This document shows positions 9,076 to 18,496 of a stretch of 64,000 nucleotides of DNA, one piece after another (the first letter of the stretch is position 1; the number at the start of each line of letters is the position of its first letter). The stretch is from an uncultured Pseudomonadales bacterium. Lineage in GTDB: Bacteria; Patescibacteriota; Microgenomatia; UBA1400; PJMF01. Where the stretch lies: positions 480 through 64,479 of the forward strand of contig CAZOVA010000001.1 in NCBI GenBank assembly GCA_964583625.1. Reading direction: 5' to 3'. A model generated the notes under the pieces. The model searched no databases. It was given only the letters and a program-made list of their open reading frames with translations, and was not told where the DNA came from. The translations under genes were made by a program, and so were the position numbers.

Positions 9076-10115
9076 ACTTTCCTTATTTTTTTTCTTATTC
9101 TTTCTATTAATAAATTAATATTATAAAAAAAGGGTCGCATTACTAAGTCCTGAGCATGTAAATAAGCAAAGTCGGTACCCCCAAAACCACGTTTAAAAAC
9201 TGATAGTTTGGCGAAACGATGTTCTGATTCGTTTTCTGGAGCGACTCCCCAAAAATTATAGCGTTTTATACCTCTGCCCTTTGCTTGTTTAATGGCTTCC
9301 CATTGCAAAGCTGCGGCTGCTGGATATTTTCTCGCTAAAGCGGTTGAGGCGCCGTAATGATAAACTGCCTCTTGACCATAAAAAATAATCATCGCTTGAG
9401 CCAAAAGTTCCTCTTGAAAATACGCGCTATAGAGCACAACTTCATGGTCTGGTAAAAAAGCAGCAAACTGTTTCTGCCAATAATTTTCACTAAAAGGAAC
9501 AAAGTTTTGCCGTTTGGCCGTATCTAGTTGCAACTGATAAAATTTGCCGATTTCTTCTTTGACAAGTGAGGGTTGAATTTCAGCCGAACTTTTTACTAGC
9601 ACTCCATCTTTAGCCGCTTTGCGGATTTCATAACGAGTACTTTTACGCATTCCTGCCAAAAGCTCCTCCTCAGTTAGACTCAAATCCAAGCGATGAGTTA
9701 GCTCAGCGTGTAAATGCATTGGTGCATCGACAAAACCCAAGTCTCTAAATAGCTTCCGATTTTGTTGATTATCTGCCAATTGCGGTCGGCAACGCACAAA
9801 AACTATTTTTTCTTTTTTTCCTAAGTCTTTCAAATCTTTTACAAAAGCAATGATTAAATTCTGATCATACCATTCAAAAATAGGACCACCTGGAACCAAA
9901 AAATGATGACCTCTTTTAGCTTCTTCTTTGATAATTAGCATTACGCCTAATAACTCATTTTCATTATAGAATCCACGATAAAAAACTTTTTGTCCCAAAT
10001 TTTTATAAAATTGACCCCAATTCCAAGAGTGTAAAAAGTTGACTTCAGGGTGCTGAACTAAAAAATCTTCCCAGACTTTTTTTTCACTAATTTCTTTAAC
10101 TTTTATATTTGACAT
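9072..10115 (-). CDS. FemAB/FemX family lipid II aminoacyltransferase
   Basis: FLHSWNWG, GP, MRKSTRYEIRKA, YHYGAS, LQWEAIK, YNFWGV and FKRGFGG. ATG 10115 preferred over TTG 10133. Confidence 0.9.
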   Translation of the reverse strand: MSNIKVKEISEKKVWEDFLVQHPEVNFLHSWNWGQFYKNLGQKVFYRGFYNENELLGVMLIIKEEAKRGHHFLVPGGPIFEWYDQNLIIAFVKDLKDLGKKEKIVFVRCRPQLADNQQNRKLFRDLGFVDAPMHLHAELTHRLDLSLTEEELLAGMRKSTRYEIRKAAKDGVLVKSSAEIQPSLVKEEIGKFYQLQLDTAKRQNFVPFSENYWQKQFAAFLPDHEVVLYSAYFQEELLAQAMIIFYGQEAVYHYGASTALARKYPAAAALQWEAIKQAKGRGIKRYNFWGVAPENESEHRFAKLSVFKRGFGGTDFAYLHAQDLVMRPFFYNINLLIERIRKKIRKV

Positions 10116-11287
10116 AAGTTGATAATCCTGCAAATATTTTTAATATCGGTTGTGGTAATTTCCTGATGTGTGGGCAAGTTAATAATTTCCTCAGTCACCA
10201 AGAATCCACGAGGGAGAGAAGCAAAATTTTCTTGATAGGATCCCTCTTCCCACTGTTTTTTGGGTCCAACTGGACTATCATACCAAAAATCTTGTAGGTG
10301 GTAGCCTTGTTGGCAGAGTTTGTTTAAAATTTCCTCTCTTTTTTCTGCTTTGACTTTAATGGGTAAACGTAAAGCGCTACTACGAACAATTTCCGCCTCT
10401 GTGAGTGACCAAAACAAAAAATCTGATCGTAAATTTTTAAGATAAAGACGAACCTTCTTTTGTCGCTCTTTTTGTTGCTCTTGCGCAACCACTATTCTTT
10501 CTTGTAAAAGTTCTTTTTGCCAAGCCGGTAGCCGATGATAATTCCCTTCGTTTTGGTAATGCATCGGCTGAGATAAAAGACCTAAATAGCGACAGAGAAA
10601 ATGCATCAATTTACCTAAACCAAAAGAATAAGTATGGCGAATCAGCCAGGTTAATAGAGGATAAATACGATCTTTTCTTTGTTGTTGTTTCGGTATTTCT
10701 TTCCAAGATATTTCTCTAAAATTTTTTAGTAAAGCTTGTTCATTAATTCTCAAAATACCACCAGAAACTGAGTCCAAAACCTTATCTTGACTAGCAGAAA
10801 AAATTGCTACAGAACCCAGCTCTCCCGCTTTCGCTCCAGTTTCATAAATCGCTCCCCAAGCGTGAGCATTGTCCTCCACAATCCTAATATTATTCTTTTT
10901 CGCCCAAACGAGAATTGAGGCAATTTTTGGTTGAGAAAAACCAAAAGTATTTTGGATAATTATTGCTTTGAGGTTCTTAGTTTGTTTTTTCAAAGACTCA
11001 AAACTAAAATTAAGTGTTTTGTCAATATCAATCAAAATCGGTTTAAGACCGGCCCAGATAATTGCTTCATAAACAGTCAAACAGGTAAAACCAACTACAG
11101 CTACCCCAGAACCAGGAGGTAAATTTAGAACCTTTAAAGCCGCCAGCAAAGCCTCTCTTCCTTTATAAAAATAGATTGGAGCGGACTTTTCCCTTGAGAC
11201 AACTTTTTGAGTTGTTGCTCTAATGGTTAAAACTCGCCACGCCGCTCGCCAGTCATAATTGGAGCCTAAAGAGTTAAATTTGGCCAT
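10103..11287 (-). CDS. DegT/DnrJ/EryC1/StrS-family PLP-dependent aminotransferase-like protein
   Basis: GREAL, FTCLTV, VEDNAHAWG, FSASQDK (PLP lysine) and INLPTH. Confidence 0.85.
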   Translation of the reverse strand: MAKFNSLGSNYDWRAAWRVLTIRATTQKVVSREKSAPIYFYKGREALLAALKVLNLPPGSGVAVVGFTCLTVYEAIIWAGLKPILIDIDKTLNFSFESLKKQTKNLKAIIIQNTFGFSQPKIASILVWAKKNNIRIVEDNAHAWGAIYETGAKAGELGSVAIFSASQDKVLDSVSGGILRINEQALLKNFREISWKEIPKQQQRKDRIYPLLTWLIRHTYSFGLGKLMHFLCRYLGLLSQPMHYQNEGNYHRLPAWQKELLQERIVVAQEQQKERQKKVRLYLKNLRSDFLFWSLTEAEIVRSSALRLPIKVKAEKREEILNKLCQQGYHLQDFWYDSPVGPKKQWEEGSYQENFASLPRGFLVTEEIINLPTHQEITTTDIKNICRIINLCQI

Positions 11288-11999
11288 TCATTCCTTCCAA
11301 AGAAGCTTTAATAAAAGATAAAGTCTCTGACAAATGGCTAAATTGTGGTGCATGACGCGCATTTTTTATAATTTCTAGTTTTGCTTGAGGTAAAAGTTGG
11401 ACCATTTCTCGAGCTAAATAAGGTGGTGTTATCTTGTCTTCACTTCCCCAAAGCAAGCTAATAGGAATGTCAATCGTGGATAAAAGAGGACGCAAATCAG
11501 TATTGACTAGATTGGTCATTGTTTGTTTCATCACTGGGGAAGCTTGATAATAATCCTTTTCCCTCAAAATTTTATAAAAAATTTTTCTTATTTTCTCATT
11601 CTTTGCCCAGTTTTTACCAATTTTTGCTAGCCAAAGACCAATTTTTTTCTTAATAACTTTTTGCCAGTTTTTATCAATAAGACCAGCACTACCAATCAGT
11701 ATGGCCCGATCAACTTTTTTTTGTCTTTTCTTGTCAACTAAATAGGCTAAAATAATTCTTCCCCCATTAGAGTGACCAATCAAAGTGACCTTTTTTTGTT
11801 TCGGCTCCAATCGGGCAATCTCTTTATCTAGCCAGTCAGTATAATCGGCCAAAGTCCAAGCTTGATCAAGTTTCTTGCCTGTCAACCCAGGAATTGATAA
11901 AAGATTAACAGCCAAGCCTTCTTTTTGCAAAGCAGCAATTAAAGGAAGCATTTTTTCTTCGCTATAAGTCCAACCAGGTAAAACAAGAATTTTAGACAT
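11274..11999 (-). CDS. Alpha/beta hydrolase
   Basis: LPGW, GHSNGG nucleophile elbow, WGSEDKITP and catalytic His (RHAP). Confidence 0.9.
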   Translation of the reverse strand: MSKILVLPGWTYSEEKMLPLIAALQKEGLAVNLLSIPGLTGKKLDQAWTLADYTDWLDKEIARLEPKQKKVTLIGHSNGGRIILAYLVDKKRQKKVDRAILIGSAGLIDKNWQKVIKKKIGLWLAKIGKNWAKNEKIRKIFYKILREKDYYQASPVMKQTMTNLVNTDLRPLLSTIDIPISLLWGSEDKITPPYLAREMVQLLPQAKLEIIKNARHAPQFSHLSETLSFIKASLEGMNGQI

Positions 12000-13281
12000 A
12001 AAATCTATTTCTTCTTTTCTGCCAAATTTCTTCCTGTCTGACCAACTTTTTAATGTCTGCTTTATCTGCTAATAAACGCTCCACCATTCCCTCCAAAAAA
12101 GGCGCTCCTTTAAAGAGAATCGTTTCGCCTCCTTTTAGATCTTGCCATAATTTTTCCAAAGCTAGTTTTGGTGATTCAAAAAAATCTACTCTCCCCTCGC
12201 CCCAATATTGTTGTAAAAGAGGTAAGACTGCGGCGCGATTTTCTCTACCTAAAAGGTAAACTCTATCAATCGTCTGTAATTTTAATAGTAACCAAGCCAA
12301 AGATTCGTGTTGAGTTTTGCTGTCTTCTCCCTCTTCTAACATATGACCTAAAACTAAAAACTTAGAACCAGTCGCTGGGTAAGCCTCAAATAATTTCAGC
12401 ATCGCTTCCATTGAACCATAGTTGGCATTATAAGTAGAGTCAATCAGTAAAGTATTTTTAAGACCGTGAAGTAAACTGCTTCTGCCTGGAGGTAAAGTCA
12501 AATTTTTATAACTAGTGTCAATCCTCAAGCCTAAAAATTGAATTGTTTTTTCTACCATCGCCAAACTAGTCCACATTTCTTCTGGAAGAAGTTGGTTGAA
12601 AGAGTATTGATGCTGATCAATGGCAAACTCAGTCCCCTGAGTTTGTAACTGATAACCCACCAAATAATCTTGCTCTTGTAAAAACTCCAATTTCTTTGGT
12701 GATAAGTTGAGTTCTTCCATCGCTTTGACCAAAGGTAGGCTTTCACCATTAACAATGACTTTTTCTTTGGCTTTGCTGGCAAAATAGGCAAATTCTTGGG
12801 CAATGGCGTCCAAAATAGGAATTTCCTTTTTAGCCGCGATTTCGTCAAAGTTCATAGCGTGGGTCCGATAAATATTGGTAATTAAAACTATATTTGGCTC
12901 CAACAAATCTGTTGTAAATTTAGCCTCACCAGGTCGATCCGAATCAGCTTCTACTACATAAATTTTCTTTCTCTCAGTTGCTACCATTTTTTTTACTTGA
13001 AAAGGAGCAGAAAAAAATAGACCAAACCATTCATTAAAGGAAAAAGTTTCTCTTTGCAAACCTAAAATATGAAAAGGAATCCCAAAAGCGGAGTTAGCGT
13101 CTTTGGCAAATTCAGCCACTTGTCCCAATTGAGCATGTAGTAAAGTAAAAAGAGTCGTTTTACCGGTGGAACCAGTTACCACAATAATTCTTGGTTGCCA
13201 CTTTTTTAACACTTTTTTCGCCCAAAAAGCGAAATAAGCAGCAACAAAAAAATAGAAAATTTTCTTAAATTTTTTTACCAT
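11992..13281 (-). CDS. murF: UDP-MurNAc-tripeptide:D-Ala-D-Ala ligase-like Mur ligase
   Basis: VTGSTGKTT, PGR, LIDSTYNAN, VLGHMLEEG...H and ILFKG. Confidence 0.8.
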   Translation of the reverse strand: MVKKFKKIFYFFVAAYFAFWAKKVLKKWQPRIIVVTGSTGKTTLFTLLHAQLGQVAEFAKDANSAFGIPFHILGLQRETFSFNEWFGLFFSAPFQVKKMVATERKKIYVVEADSDRPGEAKFTTDLLEPNIVLITNIYRTHAMNFDEIAAKKEIPILDAIAQEFAYFASKAKEKVIVNGESLPLVKAMEELNLSPKKLEFLQEQDYLVGYQLQTQGTEFAIDQHQYSFNQLLPEEMWTSLAMVEKTIQFLGLRIDTSYKNLTLPPGRSSLLHGLKNTLLIDSTYNANYGSMEAMLKLFEAYPATGSKFLVLGHMLEEGEDSKTQHESLAWLLLKLQTIDRVYLLGRENRAAVLPLLQQYWGEGRVDFFESPKLALEKLWQDLKGGETILFKGAPFLEGMVERLLADKADIKKLVRQEEIWQKRRNRFYV

Positions 13282-13334
13282 TAACGAGCATTATTATAAC
13301 AAGAAAAAGACTCAAAGGGCCAAGCTATATTTTC

Positions 13335-14294
13335 TTAGTAAATTTTAATTGAATTCAAAACCTGAAAAACAATTTTTTCAAAGCTATCATAGCTAGTTTG
13401 ATCTGGAGCTTTAATTTCATAAACAATCTTGAGATAATTGTCGCTTTGAGCATTTTTTTGCAGGAAATAGATCAGTTTTTGCACCCCATTCTCGACACTC
13501 AAGAAGGAATAGCCCAAGGTGTCGCCCAAAAGTTCACTCCTAAAATCAAAGTTTTGAGTATTATTTTCTTTACTATCAAAAATATCTTTAGCAATTTTAG
13601 CCAGAGAGAGGCCCTCTACGGACTTATTTTCAATCGTCATCACCAATCCATTAACTGGAGAAGTTTCATTTACCTCACCATAGGTGATCAGTACTGCTTC
13701 AGTAGTTTTGCTGGTCTTTAATCCAGGAATTTCTTGCAAGAAAGAGAACTTGCCCTGATCGTCGACATAAACTGGAAGTTCTTGTCGCATCAACATCATG
13801 TCTTGAGCTTGAACAAGTTCATTTTTCAAAGCAGTGATTTGCCCCTCTTTTTCTTGATTTTGATTAAATAATTTAGCTATTTCTTGATTTTGTTTTTGCC
13901 AAAAAATAAAGCTACCAACACCAATAGCTAATAGAATCACAAAGAAAATGACCAAAATCAAAGGCAAAGAAGTTTTTTGATTATCTTTTTTGTCTTTATT
14001 AACAGTTGTTTTTTGTGACGAGGAGGCAGAGGGATTTTCCTCAGCTGTCATTAAGACGCCATTTTGAAAAACTGGTGGTAAAGACTCACTCTGTGTCTGA
14101 CTATCTGCTTGTACATTATTGTCTATCGGTGGTGTTTCAACCGCAGTTTCCACCTCTGCTATAGGTGAAGGAGAAAAGTTTCCTGTTGGCGTAGGTACAG
14201 GAGAAAACTCCACCGCTGGTGTTGGCTCCGACTGTTTAATTCCTGGTTGTTCAGGGTTAGATGACGGAATAATGGGTGGTACTGGTTCTTGCAT
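13335..14294 (-). CDS. Single-pass membrane protein: Pro-rich disordered N-terminus, TM, coiled coil, PsbP-like C-terminal domain
   Basis: LPLILVIFFVILLAIGVGSFIFW TM and a C-terminal FEKIVFQVLNSIKI helix; SD gagg. Confidence 0.65.
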   Translation of the reverse strand: MQEPVPPIIPSSNPEQPGIKQSEPTPAVEFSPVPTPTGNFSPSPIAEVETAVETPPIDNNVQADSQTQSESLPPVFQNGVLMTAEENPSASSSQKTTVNKDKKDNQKTSLPLILVIFFVILLAIGVGSFIFWQKQNQEIAKLFNQNQEKEGQITALKNELVQAQDMMLMRQELPVYVDDQGKFSFLQEIPGLKTSKTTEAVLITYGEVNETSPVNGLVMTIENKSVEGLSLAKIAKDIFDSKENNTQNFDFRSELLGDTLGYSFLSVENGVQKLIYFLQKNAQSDNYLKIVYEIKAPDQTSYDSFEKIVFQVLNSIKIY

Positions 14295-14318
14295 AAATTT
14301 TTCCTCTAGTAAAATTCA

Positions 14319-14513
14319 TTATAACAAATCGGCCATACGCTGTAAAGTAGTTTTTTGTTTCTTGGGTGACTTCACTTTAACTCCAATTTTGAGCTGTTTT
14401 TGATAGATAATTTGTCTTAAATGGGCTGCTAAAGACAGGCCATTGTTTCTTGCCTCTTGGTTTAGTTTTTTCCAAACCTCCTCATCTAGGGTCAGTTTTA
14501 CCTGCTTTTTCAT
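14319..14513 (-). CDS. Small CopG/ribbon-helix-helix DNA-binding protein
   Basis: KQVKLTLDEEVWKKLNQEARNNGLSLAAHLRQII; own promoter with TTGACA 14544-14549, 17 nt spacer and TATAAT 14521-14526. Confidence 0.65.
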   Translation of the reverse strand: MKKQVKLTLDEEVWKKLNQEARNNGLSLAAHLRQIIYQKQLKIGVKVKSPKKQKTTLQRMADLL

Positions 14514-14565
14514 CAATTAAATTATAGAAAAATTTTCTCAACTTGTCAAAAGAATTAATCAAAAT

Positions 14566-14841
14566 TTAATCTAAATCAGAGTTTGGCACTGTCCTTCTTC
14601 CACTTTCAAACTCCTTTAAATGAGCTTGAAAGCTGATAGCGGAACCAGCGAATAAAAAACTACCATCTTGTCCAACAAGAAGTGCTCTCCCTCCTCTGAT
14701 AGGCTTGCCTTCCTCATTACTAGTTTCGGCAAAATATAAGGCTCCAACTTTCTCAAGTAAGACACAACTCTTTTCAATTTTTTCTGCTGGTAGTTTTAAA
14801 AGCTTAGCAGCTAAAGCTATTTGTTCACTGATTGATAACAT
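14566..14841 (-). CDS. Hypothetical protein
   Basis: 91-aa ORF with strong SD GGAGGG; RGGRALLV..DGSFLF..S motif. Confidence 0.65.
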   Translation of the reverse strand: MLSISEQIALAAKLLKLPAEKIEKSCVLLEKVGALYFAETSNEEGKPIRGGRALLVGQDGSFLFAGSAISFQAHLKEFESGRRTVPNSDLD

Positions 14842-14980
14842 TGACCCTCCTAAAAAACTAATTTCTATCTTTTAAAAAAACTATGCAAGCCTTAGTAAAC
14901 TAACTTCGAACCATCTGGCACAAAATCAGTTCTGTTGATCTGAACAAGTGGTCGGATTTCACAAAACCAAACACAGCTGC

Positions 14981-16009
14981 TTACTCCAATACTCTTTTTT
15001 CAGGTTCCTCAATATAAAAGAGAATTGTTTCTTCTTTAACTTCTGGAAGTTTTATTTCTTCTTTTGGAACTCTTCTTGATTCAACCTTTGAAATGCCTTT
15101 TTTAGCATCATGTTTCCAGAAAATACCATACTTTTTAGGGGCTATCTTTTTAAGCAATTCAGGGTCATAGATGTAAGCGACAATGCTGTCGCAGATATCT
15201 TCTTCCATGTTTATCTGTGCATAATAAGTTATGCACTGGTCTGGCTGTAGTGGGAACTGTCCTTTTGGTGACATTTCGCCAGTTTTTTTGTTATACCAGC
15301 GTTTTGCTGAACCGTCGGGAGCTGGTCTTATTTCCCACTCATCTTCATGATCCCAGCAGTACTCCCATTGATATTCTTCACTCCATTCAGGTTTAAACTG
15401 TTGTTGAATTAGGTGGGTTGATTCGTGAACAAAAGTGCCTTCAAAGTTAGAGGCTTTTTCAACTCTGTGAGGTATAAGCTCCATTCCTCTTGGCAGTAAG
15501 CGAAATGCCCTCCAACTCCTCAGAGCATAACCATTCAAAGGATACTTCTCTGGATCTCCGAAAGCACTAGCCTCTTCTTTGTCATCTATCAATATCCATC
15601 TAATTTGGTCTGTAATCTGAGGAAATCTAGAAGATAGCTGTCCTAAGACTCTTTGGGCACGTTGGATATGCTCGTCGTTGAAAGCTTTGTCCTTATTCCA
15701 GTTGTAGACAGTGATAGATTGACCTTCAACCTGAAATTCAATCTGTTCTTGTGGAATGCCTTTACTTCTCCAGTATTCAGAAGTGAACCAATCCCGACCC
15801 TCCCTCTCTTGCCTTATCATTTCAATAATTTTAGCGTCAGTACGTGGTTCATTATCCTTACCAGGAAAAGAAATGGGCGAAATACGCCATTCTCTATACT
15901 CGGCTTGACCGGCATCCATTGTTCGTTCATATCTGAAAGGCAAATCAGGAATTTGTTCTTGTGGTGATGATTTTTCTGGATTGAATCCTGTGGCTGTTTC
16001 TATAGTCAT
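14981..16009 (-). CDS. Hypothetical protein with HExxH zinc-metallopeptidase motif
   Basis: FVHESTHL plus downstream YA...EEDICDS, as in zincin-like folds. Confidence 0.6.
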   Translation of the reverse strand: MTIETATGFNPEKSSPQEQIPDLPFRYERTMDAGQAEYREWRISPISFPGKDNEPRTDAKIIEMIRQEREGRDWFTSEYWRSKGIPQEQIEFQVEGQSITVYNWNKDKAFNDEHIQRAQRVLGQLSSRFPQITDQIRWILIDDKEEASAFGDPEKYPLNGYALRSWRAFRLLPRGMELIPHRVEKASNFEGTFVHESTHLIQQQFKPEWSEEYQWEYCWDHEDEWEIRPAPDGSAKRWYNKKTGEMSPKGQFPLQPDQCITYYAQINMEEDICDSIVAYIYDPELLKKIAPKKYGIFWKHDAKKGISKVESRRVPKEEIKLPEVKEETILFYIEEPEKRVLE

Positions 16010-16296
16010 CTAATTGATTATAACAGCTTAGTGCTTATTAATTTTTACTATTTTTAATAGTTTTCTCAAAAAAAGATCTTCCTTCTATTACTGATAAAGC
16101 TTAATTCAAGGGATTGAAGGCTTTCTCACTTTTTACAACTACGCTACCCAACTATTTAAAGAATTGAAACTAGACAGAGTGAAAACGGGAGCTTTTGAAG
16201 TTCGCAGTTTAGAACCTTATTTTATAAGGATAAAAACTTTGCCCTATGCTGAAAATAACATTCAACATAATAACCAAGTATACCGAATTTAAAAAC

Positions 16297-16370
16297 TGGC
16301 AGGCTCAGAAGGATTCGAACCCTCACTAAAGGTTTTGGAGACCTCTGTACTACCCTTATACTATGAGCCT
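16297..16370 (-). tRNA. tRNA-Trp (CCA)
   Basis: Cloverleaf aggctca...tgagcct, anticodon loop ctCCAaa, T-loop gttcgaatc, encoded CCA end. Confidence 0.95.
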
Positions 16371-16402
16371 TTCATGGCTTATTATACCAATAATTTTACT
16401 AT

Positions 16403-16431
16403 TTGACATTAGCGACAAAAGCTTATATAAA
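16403..16431 (+). promoter_or_regulatory. Sigma70-type promoter of upp
   Basis: TTGACA 16403-16408, 17 nt spacer, TATAAA 16426-16431. Confidence 0.6.
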
Positions 16432-16460
16432 ATGGTTTGCAGTTAAAACAGAAAGGCTTT

Positions 16461-17084
16461 TTGTCAAAAACTCATGTTGTCGCCCATCCGTTAATCGCTG
16501 ATTGTCTCAAACATCTGCGAGATAAAGAAATTAAAATTGACGAATTTCGCCACTACAGTGATCAGGTTTGTCAGTTACTTTTTCTCAATGCCATTGATGA
16601 TGTTGAGCTAAAAACGGTCACTATTCAAACACCGATTCAAAAAACTAAAGCGCAAAAATTAGCTTGTCGTATCATTGTGGTGCCCGTTTTACGCTCTGGA
16701 ATTGCTATGTTATTTGGCGCTTTACAACTCTTACCAAAAGCTCAAGTGGGTTTTGTTGGGATGCAAAGAGATGAGCAAACCGCTCAAGCAAAAGAATATT
16801 ATTGGAAGTTTCCAGAAATAAGATCTGAACATACAGTTATTGTCACCGATCCCATGTTGGCAACTGGTGGCTCCTTGCTTCATCTTTTGCGAGCTGTCAA
16901 TCCTTACAGACCTAAAAAAATTAAAATTGTTTGTGTTTTGGCTGCCCCAGAGGGAATTGAAGCGATACACCGAGAATTTCCCAAAGTGGAGATCTATACC
17001 GCCGCTATTGATAAAAAACTTAATACAAAAAAATATATTGTCCCAGGGTTGGGTGATTATGGCGATCGTTATTTTGGTACTTAA
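16461..17084 (+). CDS. upp: Uracil phosphoribosyltransferase
   Basis: HPLI, VPVLRSG, DPMLATGGS and YIVPGLGDYGDRYFGT. TTG 16461 after SD gaaagg preferred. Confidence 0.95.
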   Translation: MSKTHVVAHPLIADCLKHLRDKEIKIDEFRHYSDQVCQLLFLNAIDDVELKTVTIQTPIQKTKAQKLACRIIVVPVLRSGIAMLFGALQLLPKAQVGFVGMQRDEQTAQAKEYYWKFPEIRSEHTVIVTDPMLATGGSLLHLLRAVNPYRPKKIKIVCVLAAPEGIEAIHREFPKVEIYTAAIDKKLNTKKYIVPGLGDYGDRYFGT

Positions 17085-17133
17085 GAAAAAATTTCACTCC
17101 ACTGTTTGCTTATTAAGTTTAGATCTTAGATAG

Positions 17134-18033
17134 CTATAAACTATTAGCAAACTCTTGACTAACATCTAAAACTTTGATTTTTTTGCTCTTAACAAAGAGC
17201 GGATTGTCAATGGTATTGGTAGTGACTAAAAACTCTATTTCCGAACTTTCTAGTCTTTTTAGCGCCTGTTCACTTATAGGGGCATGAGAGACAGCCGCCA
17301 TGATTCTTTTTGCTCCTCTTTCTTTAAGAGCTCGAGCAATGTCCACCAAAGTGCCAGCGCTAGTAGTGAAGTCATCCACAATCAAGCAATCTTTACCATT
17401 GGCGTCACCCATAATTTCCAAAATTTCTGCTTCCTGTTTGAGTAATTCTGGCCGAGATTTATCTCCTACTACACAAGGCAAACCAAAGGCAAGAGCATAT
17501 TTTCGAGCATTTTTGGCGAAACCAGCGTCTGGAGAAACCACCACCGCATTACTTAAATCTTCCTTCTGAAAATATTTCACAAAAGAATCCAAGGCCTTAA
17601 TATTTTCTACTGGGATGCGAAAGAATCCTGGAATAGAGGGACTATGTAAGTCCATGGTAATTATTTTGTCTGCCCCCGCTACCTGCAGGCAATCGGCAAC
17701 CACTCTAGCTCTAATTGAAGTTCCATCGCCATCCTGTTTATCAGCTTTGGCATAAGAAAAAAATGGCATAACCACTGTAATTTTGGCTGCGTCATAACGC
17801 TTGAGCGCATCAATCCAGAAAAGCAATTCTAATAAATCATTGTTGACATTTTCTCCAGCCAAAGTTTGAATAATCACTGTCTCTTGATGATGAACGTCCT
17901 CTTTTACTTGAACAAAAGTATTACCTTCACTAAATCTCAAACTTTCTCCTGGACTGACTTCAAGACCTAAAGCTTGCGCAAATTTATAAGAAAAATCTCT
18001 GCTTGCACTCCCAGAAAAAATTTTTAACTGCAT
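17134..18033 (-). CDS. prs: Ribose-phosphate pyrophosphokinase, copy 2
   Basis: KIFSGS, FSEGN, MPFFSYAKADK, MDLHS, VSPDAG and IVDDFTTSAGTL. Confidence 0.9.
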   Translation of the reverse strand: MQLKIFSGSASRDFSYKFAQALGLEVSPGESLRFSEGNTFVQVKEDVHHQETVIIQTLAGENVNNDLLELLFWIDALKRYDAAKITVVMPFFSYAKADKQDGDGTSIRARVVADCLQVAGADKIITMDLHSPSIPGFFRIPVENIKALDSFVKYFQKEDLSNAVVVSPDAGFAKNARKYALAFGLPCVVGDKSRPELLKQEAEILEIMGDANGKDCLIVDDFTTSAGTLVDIARALKERGAKRIMAAVSHAPISEQALKRLESSEIEFLVTTNTIDNPLFVKSKKIKVLDVSQEFANSL

Positions 18034-18052
18034 GATTTTTTATTTCTATTTA

Positions 18053-18496
18053 TTAATTTGTTGTTTCTAAGTCAACTGTTCTCTCCAACAAATCTGTCAC
18101 TTTTTTTAAAATTTCATTTTCAAAAATTAAATTACCATCAGCTTGACGAGTGAAAATTCTTTCTTCACCAGAGTTAAAAGTTAATTTAATTTCATTGTTC
18201 GTCTCTTCCCATGTGCCAGTGATAATTTCCCCTTCTGTTGTCTCATCAACACTTTGTAAGTTTTCATTAAAATAAAATTCTTGTTGAGCGTTTAGAATCA
18301 AGACCTTATTTTCATTTTCAAAAACCTCCAAACCCGCTAAAGCTTCAGTCATATTTGTCGGCTCAGCATCTACAGTAGGAATTGGAGTGGGTTGATTTTC
18401 AGTTAATTTTGGCTTTTTCAACCACCAGCTAAAAATCAAGCCAAGTGCTAAGAGAATTACTCCGAAAATAATAATTTTCTTTTCTTTTCTTTTCAT
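18053..18496 (-). CDS. Hypothetical membrane-anchored protein
   Basis: N-terminal TM, PTPIPT linker and beta-rich GTWEE domain; overlaps the thrS stop. Confidence 0.6.
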   Translation of the reverse strand: MKRKEKKIIIFGVILLALGLIFSWWLKKPKLTENQPTPIPTVDAEPTNMTEALAGLEVFENENKVLILNAQQEFYFNENLQSVDETTEGEIITGTWEETNNEIKLTFNSGEERIFTRQADGNLIFENEILKKVTDLLERTVDLETTN

